Under the pieces are notes generated by a model that did no database searches, had not been told where the DNA came from, and saw only the letters and a program-made list of their open reading frames with translations. A DNA stretch of 64,000 nt, taken from Rhodospirillales bacterium. Its GTDB lineage: Bacteria > Pseudomonadota > Alphaproteobacteria > Rhodospirillales > Casp-alpha2. Both the position numbers and the translations under genes were made by a program. Positions 39,503 to 47,962 of this stretch are shown here, in pieces. The DNA is taken from NCBI GenBank assembly GCA_023145215.1, contig JAGLED010000010.1:13808-77807 (forward strand), written 5' to 3'. How positions within the stretch are numbered: the stretch's first letter is position 1; every line of letters starts with the position of its first letter.

Positions 39503-40207
39503 TCAGAACATCAACCTGAAGCCCGTGACGAAGAACAGACCGTCGGCGTCTTCACCTTCGGCTTCGCGGATGTCCTGGGTTTCCCCCATATACCGCTCAT
39601 AATGAACGCCGATATAGGGCGCCACAGCCCGGTCGATCAGGTCGTAGCTGAGCCGGGCGCCGATCTCGACTTTCGGTCCCCAGGCGCCGAGTTCACGGCC
39701 CGGATCATCCCGCAACGGCAGATCGAATTCGATACTGGGCGTCAATATCCAGTAATTGGTGATCAACGCCTCGTATTCGGCCTCGAACCTGAACGACGGA
39801 TAGTCCGAGACGAAAAGGTCGGCATCGATCTCGAACCACTGCGGCGCCAGACCGTGCAGACCGACGACGCCATGAACCCTGTCCTGACCTTCGGGCGTAT
39901 CGAAACGAATCCCGGCGACGGCATCGAAAAACGTTGAGACCGGAGTCTGCAGGCGCAGTTGGGTCTCCAGCGTTTCCATCTTGTCGGTCTTGGTTTCGAA
40001 TTCGCCCTCGCTTCTGAGCACGAACTTCAGATCATCCGTCCCGTAAAGGGCATCGCCGTCCCACGCCATGACGTCGGTGTCCTTGTCACCGAAACGGTAT
40101 TCAAGCTGCTCCAGCTGGACGCCGTAGATCGGCTCTTCGGCCTTGAGTGGCGGCGCGATGACAACGCCCAGGGCGATGGCCCCGAGCGCGATTGCTGCTT
40201 TATTCAT
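39503..40207 (-). CDS. copB: copper resistance outer-membrane protein B (CopB/PcoB)
   Basis: QLEYR, WDG...G.D, GLAPQWFEID, GARLSY, APYIGV and a C-terminal G.R.MF beta-barrel signal. Confidence 0.88.
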   Translation of the reverse strand: MNKAAIALGAIALGVVIAPPLKAEEPIYGVQLEQLEYRFGDKDTDVMAWDGDALYGTDDLKFVLRSEGEFETKTDKMETLETQLRLQTPVSTFFDAVAGIRFDTPEGQDRVHGVVGLHGLAPQWFEIDADLFVSDYPSFRFEAEYEALITNYWILTPSIEFDLPLRDDPGRELGAWGPKVEIGARLSYDLIDRAVAPYIGVHYERYMGETQDIREAEGEDADGLFFVTGFRLMF

Positions 40208-40210
40208 CGG

Positions 40211-42004
40211 TCAGCCTCCCTGTTTGGTCTCAAGAGACGCCGATTTCTTGGGAGGCGGGCCCCCCTCGACCACGACCTTGCGGAACATACCGCTGTCGGC
40301 GTGATAGGCTAGGTGGCAGTGGAACGCCCACTGGCCGGGCGCGTCGACCTCGGTCTCCATGTATACGGTCGTGCCCGGCGAGACGCTGACCACGTGTTTG
40401 ACCGGATCCCACTTGCCCTTACCGGTGTCGATGATCGACCACATGCCGTGCAGGTGCATGGGATGGGTCATCATCGTTTCGTTGACGAACTTGAAGCGGA
40501 CCCGCTCCCCGTACTGAAGTACGATCGGCTCCGCATCGCTGAACTTCACGCCGTTCAGGGACCAGATGTAACGCTCCATGTTCCCGGTCAGGCGAAGTTC
40601 AATCTCACGCGTCGCCTCGCGGTCCTCGTACAGCGGCTTCTGTGCTCTCAGATCGTTGTAGGACAGAAACTTGCCGCCGTTCGCCGCCGCAGGTGTCAGA
40701 CCGCTGCCGGCAGCGTAAAAGCTATCGACTTCCTTCGACATGGCGTGCCCGGAATGATCGACGGCACTCGGCACGGCGTGCCCGGCATGGCTGTCGCCCT
40801 GCATGACCGAACCATCCGGCATGGAATGGGTGGCCGGCATTTGATGACCGGCGTGGCTGTCGCCCTGCATCACGGTGCCGTCGGGCATGGTGTGCGTCGT
40901 CACCGCATGCTGCCCCATGGCGCTGTGGTCCATGGATCCATGGTCGCCATGCGCCATTCCCATATCCGCCATCGTCAGAACGGGATCCTTACGCATCTCC
41001 GGCACGTCGGCTTCCATGCCCATGCGGGGCGCGAGGGTGCCGCGCCCGTAGGCCGTTCGTCCCATCGATTCCGCAAAGATCGTAAACGCCTTGTCTTCTT
41101 CCGGGCGGACGATGACGTCGTAGGTCTCGGCGACCGCGATCCGGAACTCATCGACGTTCACGGGTTGGACGTTATTCCCGTCGGCCTGGACAACCGTCAT
41201 TTTCAAACCCGGTATCCGGATATCGAAATACGCCATCGCCGACGAATTGATGAAGCGAAGACGGATACGCTCGCCCGGCTCGAAAACTCCGGTCCAGTTC
41301 TGCTCGGCGGACTTGCCGTTGATGAGGGGGGTAAAACCCTGAACATCCTCGATATCGTTGGGCAGCATCCGCATATCACCCCAGTCGAGACGGTCCCGTA
41401 GCGCCGCGTCGAATCCCATCTTTTCGGCGTCCTTGAAAAAGTCGCCGATGGTGCGTTGCTTGCGGTTGTAATAATCGGGCATCAGCTTGAGGTTTCGCAT
41501 GATGCGCGCACCGCTGTGTGGGTGTGCGTCGGTCAGCTGCACAACGTATTCCCTGTCGAAACGGAACGGCTCGCGGCCCTTCGGTTCGATCACGATGGCG
41601 CCGTACGCCCCATCCGGTTCCTGGAACGGATTGTGAGAATGGTACCAGTAGGTACCCGTCTGCACGATTGGGAACCGGTAGGTGAACGTCTCACCCGGTT
41701 TGATCCCCGGAAAGCTGATGTTCGGCACGCCGTCTTGCTGGTAAGGAAGGATCAGGCCGTGCCAGTGGATCGACGTCATCTCGGAAAGATTATTGGTGAC
41801 GTTGATGACGACGTCTTCGCCTTCCTTGAAACGCAGCACCGGCCCGGGCGACGCGCCGTTGTAGCCGACGCCCCGGCGGGTGAAGTCACCGGTGTCGATG
41901 GTAACGCGGTCGACGGTCAGGTTGTACTCACCCGCGGCGGACAGCGACGGCACGAGCAGTGCCACCACCAGGCCGGCGGCGGCAAGGCTATATGAAATTT
42001 TCAT
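40211..42004 (-). CDS. copA: copper resistance multicopper oxidase (CopA/PcoA)
   Basis: Copper ligands HWHG, WYHSH, HPMHLHG and HCHLAYH..GM; His/Met-rich insert. Confidence 0.93.
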   Translation of the reverse strand: MKISYSLAAAGLVVALLVPSLSAAGEYNLTVDRVTIDTGDFTRRGVGYNGASPGPVLRFKEGEDVVINVTNNLSEMTSIHWHGLILPYQQDGVPNISFPGIKPGETFTYRFPIVQTGTYWYHSHNPFQEPDGAYGAIVIEPKGREPFRFDREYVVQLTDAHPHSGARIMRNLKLMPDYYNRKQRTIGDFFKDAEKMGFDAALRDRLDWGDMRMLPNDIEDVQGFTPLINGKSAEQNWTGVFEPGERIRLRFINSSAMAYFDIRIPGLKMTVVQADGNNVQPVNVDEFRIAVAETYDVIVRPEEDKAFTIFAESMGRTAYGRGTLAPRMGMEADVPEMRKDPVLTMADMGMAHGDHGSMDHSAMGQHAVTTHTMPDGTVMQGDSHAGHQMPATHSMPDGSVMQGDSHAGHAVPSAVDHSGHAMSKEVDSFYAAGSGLTPAAANGGKFLSYNDLRAQKPLYEDREATREIELRLTGNMERYIWSLNGVKFSDAEPIVLQYGERVRFKFVNETMMTHPMHLHGMWSIIDTGKGKWDPVKHVVSVSPGTTVYMETEVDAPGQWAFHCHLAYHADSGMFRKVVVEGGPPPKKSASLETKQGG

Positions 42005-42021
42005 TTTTGCTGTCCCGGCTA

Positions 42022-42570
42022 TCAGTGGGTGAGCTTGATTTCGCCCATCATCCCGGCGTCGTAGTGACCCGGAATGTTGCAGGCGAATTCAAGGTCCGCG
42101 TGATCGGGAAACGTCCAGATCACTTCGCCGGATTTACCGGGCTCGAGCAGCAGGCTGTTAGGCTCGTCGTGCATACCATGGCCCATGCTCTCCTGCATCT
42201 TCTTCGCGGCGTCCCAGTTGATGCGGTCGGCCTCCAGGACGCCGTGCTCGACCATCATCATCATTTCGGGCCCGTGCGCCTTGTGCATCGCGGCCGTCGC
42301 GATGTTGAACTCGTGTACCAATTGCCCCGCGTTCTTGACGACGAAACGCACAGTCTCGCCCTCCTTGATGGTGACGTTTTCGGGTTCGTAATAATTGTCG
42401 TACATCGTCACGTTGATAGTACGCGTGACGTCTTTGGCCTCACCGGCCTTGCCGATATTGGCGCCGTGGCCGTGGCCATGATTACCCGCGGCACTCGCGC
42501 CGAACGTGGCCAGCATGATTGCCGCCGAAACGGCGACAGCCGTGGTGAACTTGGAAGTATTGATCTTCAT
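42022..42570 (-). CDS. periplasmic cupredoxin (CopI-like)
   Basis: Signal peptide, HGHGH, VKNAGQLVHEF, Met-rich loop and FACNIPGHYDAGM type-1 Cu motif; start at ATG 42570. Confidence 0.88.
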   Translation of the reverse strand: MKINTSKFTTAVAVSAAIMLATFGASAAGNHGHGHGANIGKAGEAKDVTRTINVTMYDNYYEPENVTIKEGETVRFVVKNAGQLVHEFNIATAAMHKAHGPEMMMMVEHGVLEADRINWDAAKKMQESMGHGMHDEPNSLLLEPGKSGEVIWTFPDHADLEFACNIPGHYDAGMMGEIKLTH

Positions 42571-42643
42571 TTTTATAAACCTTGGTCTGCGATGTTCATC
42601 TGGCGCGCCGGTCGAACGGCGGCCCGTTTCGAATATGGCAGGG

Positions 42644-42991
42644 TCAGGCTTTGGGCGGGGGCGGGTCGAACGCCCGGATTGAACCGACAAGGGCCGGGGC
42701 GGCATTGAAAAACTCGGCATTCGTCGCATCCTGAACGACAGTACCGGACGTCAGCGCACCCAAAAGGGTTCCCGTGCATTGCGCGACGGTCATGCCGCAG
42801 CAATCGGATAAATCACCGGTTTCGCAACCTTTATCGCAATCGCCTCCGCTGTGTCCAATGACTTGGGCGTGGTGCGATAGCGGGCCGGCAGCCGCTTCAG
42901 ACGCGACGACATCGTGCGCCGCCGTTGCATGCCCCAATGCGGTGGCAAGCAAGGAGAACGCCAGTGCGAGTGTGACGACGAACCGAACCAT
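42644..42991 (-). CDS. CutF/CopL (DUF2946)-like Cys-rich leader protein with C-terminal polyproline
   Basis: Signal-peptide-like N-terminus, His-rich stretch, CDKGC and CCxxxxxxC, ending RAFDPPPPKA; first gene of the copper operon. Confidence 0.72.
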   Translation of the reverse strand: MVRFVVTLALAFSLLATALGHATAAHDVVASEAAAGPLSHHAQVIGHSGGDCDKGCETGDLSDCCGMTVAQCTGTLLGALTSGTVVQDATNAEFFNAAPALVGSIRAFDPPPPKA

Positions 42992-42997
42992 ACTTTT

Positions 42998-43028
42998 ATG
43001 CTAAACATTCCCCCTGATGAAAGGTCAA
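42998..43028 (-). promoter_or_regulatory. MerR/CueR-type promoter with operator
   Basis: Minus strand TTGACC-(19 nt)-TAGCAT with the overlapping dyad ACCTTTC-N7-GGAATGT (CueR consensus ACCTTCC-N7-GGAAGGT). Confidence 0.82.
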
Positions 43029-43094
43029 GCAGCGATCTCTGACGTGTGCCCGGTGTCACTTCCCAATTGACCGTAAAAACGCTATAACCCACTC

Positions 43095-43484
43095 ATGATG
43101 AAGCAGAAAGCTCTCAAACTGGCCACGATCCCGGCCGTCGCCGCCCTGGCGATCCTTGCGCTCGGCGTCCGCGACACGGCAGCGGGCAGCCGCGTTTCCG
43201 GGCAATACGCCACCAGCACATCGAAACTGAGCAAGGTCGGCAACCTGAACCCGAAACTGTCGCGCCTGTGCAGGCGAGGTCAGTTCAAGCAGCGCAAAGT
43301 ATTGCGGCTGTCGATCGGCTACGTCGGCGAGGACGGCCGTGGCATTACCGGAATCGCCAAGCCGGGCTGGAACCTTTACGACCCGACCGGTGCCGGCGAT
43401 CCGGACTACACCTACCATTTCCATAATCAGGGATATTCCAACTGCCGCGTCTATGAAGCCCGGACGCCGCGCCCGAACCAATAG
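43095..43484 (+). CDS. hypothetical exported protein
   Basis: Basic-hydrophobic N-terminal signal, two Cys; fills the intergenic gap. Confidence 0.6.
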   Translation: MMKQKALKLATIPAVAALAILALGVRDTAAGSRVSGQYATSTSKLSKVGNLNPKLSRLCRRGQFKQRKVLRLSIGYVGEDGRGITGIAKPGWNLYDPTGAGDPDYTYHFHNQGYSNCRVYEARTPRPNQ

Positions 43485-43503
43485 CGTTGCGGAGCGCCCC
43501 GCC

Positions 43504-44127
43504 ATGACGGAATTCCTCGATCTTTTCCCGACCAAGTTCGTGCGCCGGCAGCTGCCGGACTATGAAGAGCCGACCCGCGACCTGATCAAGCTGGTCCGCG
43601 AAATGGAGAAGGGGAACAAGTCGCTCACCACGGATTACCGCGAAAACAATCCGCTCGAATACGACCGCGCGGGGCCGAATTGGCTGCGTGGCGAGATCAA
43701 TCAAACCGTGATCGCGTATCTAAAGGAGATCGGTATCGATTATCCGGTCAACTGGCAGATCCACGCCTGGACCAATATCAACCGTCAGGGCGATTATCAC
43801 GATCCGCACAATCACCCGCACGCTTATCTGAGTGGCACCTATTACCTGAAGATGCCGGGCGAGGGGGCAAAGAAACGCCAGCGTAGCGATGTCAGGCCCA
43901 ACTGCATCACCTTTTACGATCCGAGGACCGGCTTCAACATGTCGTCGATCCGCAACGATCCTTACGTCGATCCAGAATTCACGGTACTGCCGGAACCGGG
44001 GCTTTTAATGATGTGGCCGGCGGCGATGATGCATTTTGTGCATCCGAACCTTTCCGACGAAACGCGCATCTCGCTCAGTTTCAACATCGTCCTCAAGTGG
44101 TCCGACGACTATCTGCCGACGCAGTGA
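43504..44127 (+). CDS. putative 2OG-Fe(II) oxygenase (TIGR02466-like)
   Basis: LFPT, WTNIN..GDYHDPHNHP..YLSGTYY, FYDPR, H.V.PN and RISLSFN; GGAG RBS before ATG 43504. Confidence 0.85.
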   Translation: MTEFLDLFPTKFVRRQLPDYEEPTRDLIKLVREMEKGNKSLTTDYRENNPLEYDRAGPNWLRGEINQTVIAYLKEIGIDYPVNWQIHAWTNINRQGDYHDPHNHPHAYLSGTYYLKMPGEGAKKRQRSDVRPNCITFYDPRTGFNMSSIRNDPYVDPEFTVLPEPGLLMMWPAAMMHFVHPNLSDETRISLSFNIVLKWSDDYLPTQ

Positions 44128-44251
44128 CGTCACCTTCTATTTTTTCCTAATTCCTGACATGCCCTAACGCCTTGTTAAGAAATCAGGGCGTAACGTCACG
44201 TCTGGGTTGGGGCTGGGATCGGCACAGAAGGTGAGAGGAATCCCTTAGTCC

Positions 44252-44602
44252 ATGGGGCTTATCGAAGAAATACGCAGGCGTGCGAAGCATGTCGTCGGTC
44301 CGTTATTCGGAATCGTCGCTGTGGCGTACTTTGCCTATCACACCGTGCACGGCGACCGCGGCGTGCTGGCGCTTCTGCAGATGCAGGAACGCGTGGCCGA
44401 GGCGGAGCACCGGCTGGACAGCCTGGAAAAACAGAAAAATCACTGGGAAAGCCGCGTCAAGCTGCTGCACCCCGACAGCATCGACCGCGACATGCTCGAT
44501 GAACGGGTTCGCATCATGCTCGGCTACGCCCGCGCCGACGATCTTGTCGTTTTAATGCATATCGAGAGTAGCAAAGGAGAAACCGATGGCCTTACTCGCT
44601 GA
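44252..44602 (+). CDS. ftsB: septum formation initiator FtsB/DivIC
   Basis: TM helix, YFAYH..HGDRG, coiled coil, and L...S.D.DMLDER.R..LGY. Confidence 0.85.
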   Translation: MGLIEEIRRRAKHVVGPLFGIVAVAYFAYHTVHGDRGVLALLQMQERVAEAEHRLDSLEKQKNHWESRVKLLHPDSIDRDMLDERVRIMLGYARADDLVVLMHIESSKGETDGLTR

Positions 44603-44936
44603 TAAACTGATCCCGCCGTATTACGCGGCGATCATCGAAAACCAACCGCACGCGTCTTCGGACGAGCCGATGAACACCGCCGACCGCATGGTCAGCATGG
44701 CGATCCGTCGACCCGGATTTCTTGGCCTGGAAACCGGCCGCTCGGGCGATGGCCGTCCGGTCACGGTCGCGTACTGGCGCGACCTTGAGGACGTCGAGGG
44801 ATGGCAATCCGAAACCGGCGCGATAGGCGAGATGTCCTATCCGCTCGAGGTGTGCCGCGTCGCCAACACCAATGACAAGACCGTCCGTTCGTTCCTTGCC
44901 GATAACAGGGACGAGCCGGCCATGCGTCACATCTGA
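44586..44936 (+). CDS. divergent antibiotic-biosynthesis-monooxygenase (ABM) domain protein
   Basis: PPYYAAI, M..MA...PGFLG.E and TVAYWRD; AGGAG RBS. Confidence 0.7.
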   Translation: MALLADKLIPPYYAAIIENQPHASSDEPMNTADRMVSMAIRRPGFLGLETGRSGDGRPVTVAYWRDLEDVEGWQSETGAIGEMSYPLEVCRVANTNDKTVRSFLADNRDEPAMRHI

Positions 44937-44949
44937 GGAGGGCCCCGTG

Positions 44950-45333
44950 ATGGCCAAATTCGACCCACGCCGCGATCCGCCGTACTTTGCCGTCATCAAC
45001 AGGACGACACCCGACGGCATCGACGCCGGGCAGTTCATGGACGCCGGCGAGAAGATGATCGGCCTTGCCGCCGCCGAACCGGGTTTCCTCGGGATCGAGG
45101 AGGTCACCGACGAGAGCGGCAATGCCTACACGGTCTGTTATTGGGACCGTGTGCAGTCGATGCGCCGCTGGCGCGGCGATCTGGTGAACCATATTCCGCC
45201 CAAGATCGATCCCGCCCAGGTCGTCTGTTATGAAGGCTGTTATTGGCACTGGCTGCGGGACGTTTTCGATGCGATCGCCCGTGTCGAGCGTGACAATGTG
45301 GTACAGGTCTCGTTCGGAGAAGTCGCAGCTTAA
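44950..45333 (+). CDS. second divergent ABM domain protein
   Basis: PPYFAVI, M..LA...PGFLGIE, TVCYWD and IARVER; GAGGAGG RBS. Confidence 0.72.
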   Translation: MAKFDPRRDPPYFAVINRTTPDGIDAGQFMDAGEKMIGLAAAEPGFLGIEEVTDESGNAYTVCYWDRVQSMRRWRGDLVNHIPPKIDPAQVVCYEGCYWHWLRDVFDAIARVERDNVVQVSFGEVAA

Positions 45334-45476
45334 CTCTTATTGAGTTTATAAATTAGCACACAACGCGAACAAAACGCGTTAAATGGCTGCTTTGCTTGAA
45401 TAATAGAAAAGGATCGCCTAGCATTCTTCCTTAGAGCGGTGGTTAACCGCCGCGCAACCCAGGTGGGAGGGAGCCA

Positions 45477-46538
45477 ATGGCGAGAGCCTCGAAATCCGGC
45501 GCTAGCTCCAAGAGCGCCGCGAAGTCCACGTCGCGCAGCAAATCCAAGTCTGCGGCCAAAAAGCCCGAAGTAACGGGCGAACAGCTTTTATCCTATTACC
45601 GTGACATGTTGATGATCCGCCGTTTCGAAGAAAAGGCGGGTCAATTGTATGGGATGGGCCTGATCGGCGGTTTCTGCCACCTCTATATCGGTCAGGAAGC
45701 GGTCGTCGTCGGCATGACCCAGGCCGGCACGTCCGATGACAGCGTGATCACGTCGTATCGCGATCACGGGCACATGCTGGCGTGCGGAATGGACCCGAAG
45801 GGCGTGATGGCCGAGTTGACCGGCCGCCGCGGCGGTTATTCGAAGGGCAAGGGCGGCTCGATGCACATGTTCTCCCGCGAGAAGAACTTCTTCGGCGGGC
45901 ACGGCATCGTCGGTGCGCAGGTGCCTTTGGGAACCGGGCTCGCTTTCGGCCATAAGTATTCCGAAGACGGCGGCGTCTGTCACACCTACATGGGTGACGG
46001 CGCGGTTAACCAGGGACAGATCTACGAGAGCTTCAATATGGCGTCGTTGTGGAAACTACCCGTCGTCTATGTCATCGAGAACAACAAGTACGGCATGGGC
46101 ACCTCGGTCGAGCGCGCGTCTTCCAACGTGGAACTTCATGAACGCGGCGCGGCGCACGACATCCCGGGCATGCAGGTCAACGGCATGGACGTGATGGATG
46201 TCCTCGAAAAGGGCGGCAAAGCGCTAGAGCACGCCCGCTCCGGCAAGGGGCCTTACATCCTCGAGATGAAGACCTACCGGTATCGCGGCCACTCGATGTC
46301 CGACCCCGCCAAGTATCGCTCCAAGGAAGAAGTGCAGAAAATGCGCAAGGAAAGCGATCCCATCGACAACTTGCGGCATACCATCCTCGAAGCAGGGCAT
46401 TCGAACGAGGATGAGATGAAGGACATCGACAAAGAGATCAAATCCATCGTCACCTCCGCCGCAGAATTCGCGCAGCAAAGCCCGGAACCCGACGAGTCCG
46501 AACTCTACACGGACGTGTTCCTCGAAGCTTCCGCGTAA
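45477..46538 (+). CDS. pdhA: pyruvate dehydrogenase E1 alpha subunit
   Basis: GFCHLYIGQEA, GKGGSMH, GDGA.NQGQ and TYRYRGHSMSDP. Confidence 0.97.
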   Translation: MARASKSGASSKSAAKSTSRSKSKSAAKKPEVTGEQLLSYYRDMLMIRRFEEKAGQLYGMGLIGGFCHLYIGQEAVVVGMTQAGTSDDSVITSYRDHGHMLACGMDPKGVMAELTGRRGGYSKGKGGSMHMFSREKNFFGGHGIVGAQVPLGTGLAFGHKYSEDGGVCHTYMGDGAVNQGQIYESFNMASLWKLPVVYVIENNKYGMGTSVERASSNVELHERGAAHDIPGMQVNGMDVMDVLEKGGKALEHARSGKGPYILEMKTYRYRGHSMSDPAKYRSKEEVQKMRKESDPIDNLRHTILEAGHSNEDEMKDIDKEIKSIVTSAAEFAQQSPEPDESELYTDVFLEASA

Positions 46539-46563
46539 AATTACCTGAAAAAAGGTTAAGACA

Positions 46564-47949
46564 ATGGCCACACAAGTTCTGATGCCGGCGCTGTCGCCGA
46601 CCATGACCGAAGGCAAGATCGCCAAGTGGATGAAATCCGAGGGCGACAAGGTCGAGAGCGGTGACGTTCTGTGCGAAATCGAAACCGACAAGGCGACGAT
46701 GGAAGTCGAAGCCGTGGATGAGGGTATCCTCGGAAAAATTCTCGTCTCCGAAGGCACCGAAAACGTTGCCGTGAACGCCCCCATCGCGGTTCTCATCGAA
46801 GAGGGCGAAAGCGCCGACGACATCGCCGACGCACCGGCCCCTGCCGCCGCTGCGGCGGCGCCCACCGAGGAAGAAGTAGAAAAGGAAGAGGCGCCGAAGG
46901 AAGAAGCGGCGAGTGCCCCGGCGCAGCCGAAATCCGAACCCGCGCCGGAACCTGAATACGACGGACCGATGAAATCCCAAACCGTGCGCGAAGCGCTCCG
47001 CGACGCCATGGCCGAGGAAATGCGTCGTGAGGAAAAGGTCTTCCTGATGGGCGAGGAAGTCGCCGAATACCAGGGTGCTTACAAGATCTCGCAAGGGCTT
47101 TTGGATGAATTCGGCGCCAAGCGTGTCATCGACACCCCGATCACGGAACAGGGCTTCGCCGGGCTCGGTGTCGGCGCGGCGTTCCACGGCCTGAAGCCCA
47201 TCGTCGAATTCATGACCTTCAACTTCGCCATGCAGGCTATCGACCAGATCATCAACTCTGCCGCCAAGACGTTGTATATGTCGGGCGGTCAGATGGGTTG
47301 TCCGATCGTATTCCGGGGTCCGAACGGCGCGGCGGCGCGGGTCGCGGCGCAGCATTCGCAGTGTTATGCATCGTGGTACGCCAACTGTCCGGGCATGAAG
47401 GTCGTCGCGCCATGGTCGGCGTCCGACGCCAAGGGCCTGCTGAAAAGCGCAATCCGCGATCCCAACCCCGTGATCTTCCTGGAGAACGAAATCCTTTACG
47501 GGCAGAGCTTCGAACTCCCCGATGACGACGATTTCACGCTTCCCATCGGTAAGGCGAAGATCGAACGCAAGGGCTCGGATGTCACCATTGTGGCCTATTC
47601 CATCGCCGTCGGCATTGCCATGGAAGCGGCTGAAAAGCTAGCGGAAGAGGGGATCGACGCCGAAGTCATCAATCTCCGCACGATCCGCCCGATGGACACT
47701 GCAACGATCATTGAATCGGTCAAGAAGACCAATCGCCTGGTCAGCGTCGGCGAAGGCTGGCCGACCTGCGGTATCGGATCTGAAGTTTCGTCCATCGCGA
47801 TGGAGCAGGCGTTCGATTATCTCGATGCGCCCCCGGTCCGGGTCGCCGGCGTCGACGTGCCGATGCCGTACGCCGCGAACCTCGAAAAACTTGCGCTGCC
47901 CAAGGCACCGCAGGTGATCGAGGCCGCCAAGTCCGTCTGTTACGTCTGA
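46564..47949 (+). CDS. pdhB: pyruvate dehydrogenase E1 beta subunit with N-terminal lipoyl domain
   Basis: [13 protein letters not shown] lipoyl motif, [14 protein letters not shown] and AAQHSQ. Confidence 0.97.
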   Translation: MATQVLMPALSPTMTEGKIAKWMKSEGDKVESGDVLCEIETDKATMEVEAVDEGILGKILVSEGTENVAVNAPIAVLIEEGESADDIADAPAPAAAAAAPTEEEVEKEEAPKEEAASAPAQPKSEPAPEPEYDGPMKSQTVREALRDAMAEEMRREEKVFLMGEEVAEYQGAYKISQGLLDEFGAKRVIDTPITEQGFAGLGVGAAFHGLKPIVEFMTFNFAMQAIDQIINSAAKTLYMSGGQMGCPIVFRGPNGAAARVAAQHSQCYASWYANCPGMKVVAPWSASDAKGLLKSAIRDPNPVIFLENEILYGQSFELPDDDDFTLPIGKAKIERKGSDVTIVAYSIAVGIAMEAAEKLAEEGIDAEVINLRTIRPMDTATIIESVKKTNRLVSVGEGWPTCGIGSEVSSIAMEQAFDYLDAPPVRVAGVDVPMPYAANLEKLALPKAPQVIEAAKSVCYV

Positions 47950-47962
47950 GGGAGGCCGGAAC

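Noticed and set aside
39464-43030. Copper operon as an integrative island at tRNA-Arg(TCT)
   Set aside because: There is no integrase, no direct repeat of the tRNA 3' end and no obvious compositional shift. The short match near 42601 is inverted and probably chance.
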